A stretch of 64,000 nt of DNA from Verrucomicrobiales bacterium (GTDB taxonomy: Bacteria; Verrucomicrobiota; Verrucomicrobiia; Verrucomicrobiales; V1-33): contig JBBQWG010000042.1 in the NCBI GenBank assembly GCA_038210825.1, positions 145-64,144 of the forward strand, in the 5' to 3' direction. Below the pieces are notes generated by a model. The model did not search any database. It was not told where the DNA came from and was given only the letters and a program-made list of their open reading frames with translations. This document shows, piece after piece, positions 60,357 to 64,000 of the stretch (the first letter of the stretch is position 1; each line of letters opens with the position of its first letter). A program made the translations under genes and the position numbers.

Positions 60357-63300
60357 ATGAATCTTCCCCGCTTCTTTGTGGACCGCCCGGTATTCGCGGC
60401 GGTGCTGAGCATTGTGATTACCCTGCTGGGTGGTCTGGCCTATTTCACCCTGCCGGTTTCACAGTATCCGGAAGTGATTCCACCTACCGTCGTCGTCAGC
60501 GCCACTTATCCAGGAGCCAATGCCTCCGTGCTGGCAGATACCGTGGCCACCCCATTGGAACAGGAAATCAACGGCGTGGAGGACATGTTGTATCTGTCAT
60601 CCTCCTCAACTTCCGACGGACGCCTGCAGATCACCGTTACCTTTAAACATGGTATTGATCTCGATAAAGCTCAGGTGCTGGTGCAGAACCGCGTCAATGC
60701 TGCCCTGCCCCGTCTGCCGGAGGAAGTGCGACGCATGGGGGTCAGTGCCCTGAAGCGCTCGCCTGACCTCACCATGGCGATTCAATTCTATTCGCCTGAC
60801 GGTTCCCGCGATGTGCTTTACCTTGCCAATTACGTCAACATCCAGGTCCAGAACCGCATCGCGCGGGTCCCCGGCGTGGCCGAAGCCTCGTCCCTCGGCG
60901 GCTTGGATTTCACCATGCGCGTCTGGCTGGATCCGGAAAAGCTGGCGGTGCGTGGCCTGACTGCCACCGATGTGGTGGGAGCCATCCGCGAGCAGAATAT
61001 CCAGGTGGCAGCCGGCCAGTTGGGCCAGCCGCCGGCGCCTTCGGGCCAGCAATTCCAATACACGCTGACCACCCAGGGACGCTTGAAAACTGCAGAGGAG
61101 TTTGACCGCATCGTGCTGCGTACCGGAGCCAGCGGCGATGTGATCCGGCTAAAGGACGTAGCCCGGGTGGAACTGGGCGGCAAGGACTACGCCCAGAAAA
61201 GTTACCGGGATGGAGCCAATGCCATTTCCCTGCGCGTCTTTCAGCTCCCTGGCTCGAATGCCCTTGAGACCGCAGATGCCGTGCGCGCCGAGATGAAACG
61301 CATCGAAGCCCGATTCCCACCCGGGGTGGACTACAGCATCAACTACGATCCTACCCAATTCATCCGTGATTCCATGAAAGCGGTCATGCTTACTCTCGTG
61401 GAAGCCGTCCTGCTGGTGGTGCTGGTGGTGGTAGTCTTTCTGCAGAGCTGGCGCGCCTCCATCATTCCGCTGATCGCAGTGCCGGTTTCCCTCATCGGGA
61501 CCCTCGCGGTGCTGGCCGTCTTCGGCTTCTCACTGAATAACCTTTCCCTCTTTGGCATCGTTTTGGCCATCGGGATTGTGGTGGATGATGCCATCGTGGT
61601 GGTGGAAAATGTGGAACGTTATCTGGAGAAGGGATTTCCCCCCCGGGAAGCCACGATCCGGGCCATGAAGGAAGTGAGTGGCCCTATCATTGCCATCGCG
61701 CTCGTCTTGTGCGCCGTCTTTATTCCCACCGCCTTCCTCAGCGGCATCACCGGCCAGTTTTACAAGCAGTTTGCCATCACCATCGCCGCCTCCACCGTCA
61801 TCTCGGCCATCAATTCCCTGACGCTGTCCCCGGCCCTGGCCGCCCTGCTGCTGAGGCCCCACGGTGCCAAACCAGACTGGTTTTCCCGGATCATCAATGC
61901 CGTGCTGGGATGGTTCTTCCGGCTCTTCAACAAATCCTTCGACGCCCTGTCCCGCGTTTATGCCAAGAGCATTGCCAAAATCATCCGTCATGCCGTGATG
62001 GCGCTCGTGCTCTACGGCGGCCTGATCGGACTGGCCTTTTATGCCTTCAAAAAAGTTCCCACCGGCTTCATTCCCCAACAGGACATGGGTTATTTCATGA
62101 CCGTGATCCAGCTTCCGGACGGAGCCAGTTTTGAACGCACGGATGCCATTGTGAGGCAGGTGGATGCCATGGCCCGGGACACGCCCGGCATCGCCCACAC
62201 CTTCGCGATTTCCGGTTATTCCAACGTCCTCCAGGCCAATCAGAGCAACCTCGGGGCCTGCTTCATGATTCCCGCCCCATTCGATCAGCGCAAGGATCCT
62301 TCCCTGCACGCCAATGCGCTGATGGCGACGCTGCGGAACAAGTTCGCCGGCATCAAGGAAGCCCGCGTCCTGGTGCTGCCCCCGCCGCCGCTGCGCGGCC
62401 TCGGCAATGCCGGGGGATTCAAACTTCAGGTGGAGGACCTCAACAATGCCGGTCTGCCCGCCCTCGAAGCGGCCACCCGCCGTTTCGTGGATGCCATCGC
62501 TGCCGAGCCAGGCTTCAACTCCATCATCACCGGCTTCCGCGCCAACAATCCGCAATACAATCTGGTGATCGACCGCGAGAGGGCCAAGACCATGGGGGTT
62601 CCCATTACTTCGATCAACGAAACCTTGTCCACCTTTCTGGGGTCCACCTACGTGAATGACTTCAATCTCTTCGGCCGCACCTGGCAGGTCATGGCCATGG
62701 CTGAACCGGACTACCGCATGAAACCGGAAGATGTCGGCCGCCTCCATACCCGCAACAACAAAGGCGATATGGTGCCTCTGGGCGCGCTCGTGAAAACGGA
62801 AAAGATCGGCGGCGCGGACCGGGTGCAGCGGTATAACATGTTCGTCTCCGCCGACATCAGCGGCAATACCGACGCCGCCATCAGCTCCGGGGACATGATC
62901 CGGCGCGTCTCCGAAATTGCCAAAACCGCCCTGCCCGGCGGCTTTGACTACGAGTGGACCGATTTGACCTACCAGCAAATTCTCGCCGGCAATTCCATCG
63001 CCTACATCTTCCCGCTGTGTATTCTATTCGTCTTTCTTGTGCTGGCCGCCCAGTATGAAAGCTGGTCCCTGCCCCTCGCCGTCATTCTCATCGTGCCCAT
63101 GTGCCTGCTCAGCGCCATCGGCGGGGTCTGGCTCAGCGGCCAGGACAATAACATTTTCACCCAGATCGGGCTGGTGGTGCTGATCGGCCTCGCTGCCAAG
63201 AACGCCATTCTCATCGTCGAGTTCGCCCGCCAGCAGCAGGACGAGGGCATGGACCGCTTCTCCGCTGCCGTGGAGGCCTGCCGCCTCCGCCTGCGCCCCA

Positions 63301-63527
63301 TCCTCATGACCAGCTTCGCCTTCATCCTCGGCGTGCTCCCCCTCGTCCTCGCCGACGGAGCCGGCGCAGAAATGCGCAACGCCCTCGGCACCGCCGTCTT
63401 CTACGGCATGATCGGCGTCACCTTCTTCGGACTCATCTTCACCCCGGTATTCTACATCGTCCTGCGGAGGGACCGGCCCAAAAACTCTTCCACCGCTCCG
63501 CCCCCGCAGGCCGAGCCCCTCACTTGA
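60357..63527 (+). CDS. efflux RND transporter permease (AcrB/MexB-like, pair 2)
   Basis: MNLPRFFVDRPVFAAVLSIVI. 1056 aa, collinear paralog of 55889-59074. Confidence 0.95.
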   Translation: MNLPRFFVDRPVFAAVLSIVITLLGGLAYFTLPVSQYPEVIPPTVVVSATYPGANASVLADTVATPLEQEINGVEDMLYLSSSSTSDGRLQITVTFKHGIDLDKAQVLVQNRVNAALPRLPEEVRRMGVSALKRSPDLTMAIQFYSPDGSRDVLYLANYVNIQVQNRIARVPGVAEASSLGGLDFTMRVWLDPEKLAVRGLTATDVVGAIREQNIQVAAGQLGQPPAPSGQQFQYTLTTQGRLKTAEEFDRIVLRTGASGDVIRLKDVARVELGGKDYAQKSYRDGANAISLRVFQLPGSNALETADAVRAEMKRIEARFPPGVDYSINYDPTQFIRDSMKAVMLTLVEAVLLVVLVVVVFLQSWRASIIPLIAVPVSLIGTLAVLAVFGFSLNNLSLFGIVLAIGIVVDDAIVVVENVERYLEKGFPPREATIRAMKEVSGPIIAIALVLCAVFIPTAFLSGITGQFYKQFAITIAASTVISAINSLTLSPALAALLLRPHGAKPDWFSRIINAVLGWFFRLFNKSFDALSRVYAKSIAKIIRHAVMALVLYGGLIGLAFYAFKKVPTGFIPQQDMGYFMTVIQLPDGASFERTDAIVRQVDAMARDTPGIAHTFAISGYSNVLQANQSNLGACFMIPAPFDQRKDPSLHANALMATLRNKFAGIKEARVLVLPPPPLRGLGNAGGFKLQVEDLNNAGLPALEAATRRFVDAIAAEPGFNSIITGFRANNPQYNLVIDRERAKTMGVPITSINETLSTFLGSTYVNDFNLFGRTWQVMAMAEPDYRMKPEDVGRLHTRNNKGDMVPLGALVKTEKIGGADRVQRYNMFVSADISGNTDAAISSGDMIRRVSEIAKTALPGGFDYEWTDLTYQQILAGNSIAYIFPLCILFVFLVLAAQYESWSLPLAVILIVPMCLLSAIGGVWLSGQDNNIFTQIGLVVLIGLAAKNAILIVEFARQQQDEGMDRFSAAVEACRLRLRPILMTSFAFILGVLPLVLADGAGAEMRNALGTAVFYGMIGVTFFGLIFTPVFYIVLRRDRPKNSSTAPPPQAEPLT

Positions 63528-63596
63528 GTTGCATGCGCTGCGGCGTCAGGTCCGCCGCCAGCCACAGGACCGAACACCGGCTCAAGACCCCTTGCA

Positions 63597-64000
63597 CTAT
63601 GTGCAGCCTGCTGCCGCTTTCGGCCATGGGCGGCCTGCTGCCGGCGGGAGAGATGCAGCAATGGTCTCGCCCGTGCCGGCTGATCCAAAGACGCGGGCGG
63701 GGCCGGCGTAGTCGCGTTCCACCCATTGCTGCTGCTCCCGGTGCAGGAAGACGGTCCACTTGTCCCAAGGAAACTCCAAGGCCCGTTCCAGTTCCTCCCC
63801 ATTCGTCATGACGCGGAACCGGCGTTGCGCATCCGGGTGATCGAAAGGATCCGCAGTCGCAGTCGCCGGTTTCGGCATCCGGGGTTTGCCGCCCGTAGCC
63901 AGTTCCAGCAGCGCCTCCGCGCTTCCGCTGGCAGGTGATCCGCCAGAATCAGCAGCGTGTCTTCCGTATCCGTCAAGCGTAGCCCCATTGGAAACGCCGT
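63597..64000 (-). pseudogene. N-terminal fragment of a UvrD-like (superfamily 1) helicase, probably degraded; 5' end outside the window
   Basis: The frame is open from the window edge: ..SAEALLELATGGKPRMPKPATATADPFDHPDAQRRFRVMTNGEELERALEFPWDKWTVFLHREQQQWVERDYAGPARVFGSAGTGETIAASL..*. The Walker A motif carries E in place of the invariant K (GSAGTGET). The ORF stops 23 codons later, 70 nt from the RND gene end. Confidence 0.4.

Noticed and set aside
61530-62978. 482-aa minus-strand ORF (and the similar 56291-57394 and 49711-50760 ORFs) inside the RND and cysI genes
   Set aside because: All are antisense to strongly supported long genes and have Gly/Asp/His-rich low-complexity products.

Overview
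High-GC chromosomal segment. Its gene content points to a PVC-group, probably Verrucomicrobiota, genome: a Tat-signal DUF1552 protein, DUF1080, a giant lamin-tail/CotH protein and a DUF116-polyprenyl synthase fusion. This assignment is inference; no database search was possible. I can support about 55 protein-coding genes, one tRNA-Ser(CGA), one complete group II intron, three likely pseudogenes and several repeat families. Housekeeping genes recognised from motifs are cysS, rfbB, mutY, psd, fdhD, rpe, aroK, queG and cysI. Also recognised are a PduO-type adenosyltransferase, an acyl-CoA desaturase, a GT9 heptosyltransferase, a Fur-family regulator, and a TetR regulator followed by two tandem MFP-RND efflux pairs. 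The most unusual signals are structural rather than single genes. (1) At two separate loci the last 15-22 codons plus the downstream flank of a conserved gene (cysI; a TerB/DUF697-like gene) are duplicated as 95-130 bp direct repeats that bracket a roughly 1-kb gene cassette, and no recombinase is visible. (2) Blocky heptanucleotide tandem arrays occur in two intergenic regions and also inside the coding sequences of mutY and the GT9 glycosyltransferase. (3) An AT-richer 3.6-kb island (27.3-30.9 kb) carries small co-oriented ORFs, including an intact antitoxin next to a twice-frameshifted ParE/RelE toxin. (4) An operon encodes two paralogous TM-anchored coiled-coil proteins with an unassigned C-terminal domain, plus a small lipoprotein. 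(5) A minimal nucleotidyltransferase is start/stop-coupled to an unknown 109-aa partner. A 55-59 bp structured palindromic element and a composite 66-bp tandem/inverted repeat region were also found. All functional calls rest on motif recognition by eye, and all boundaries are hand-counted.
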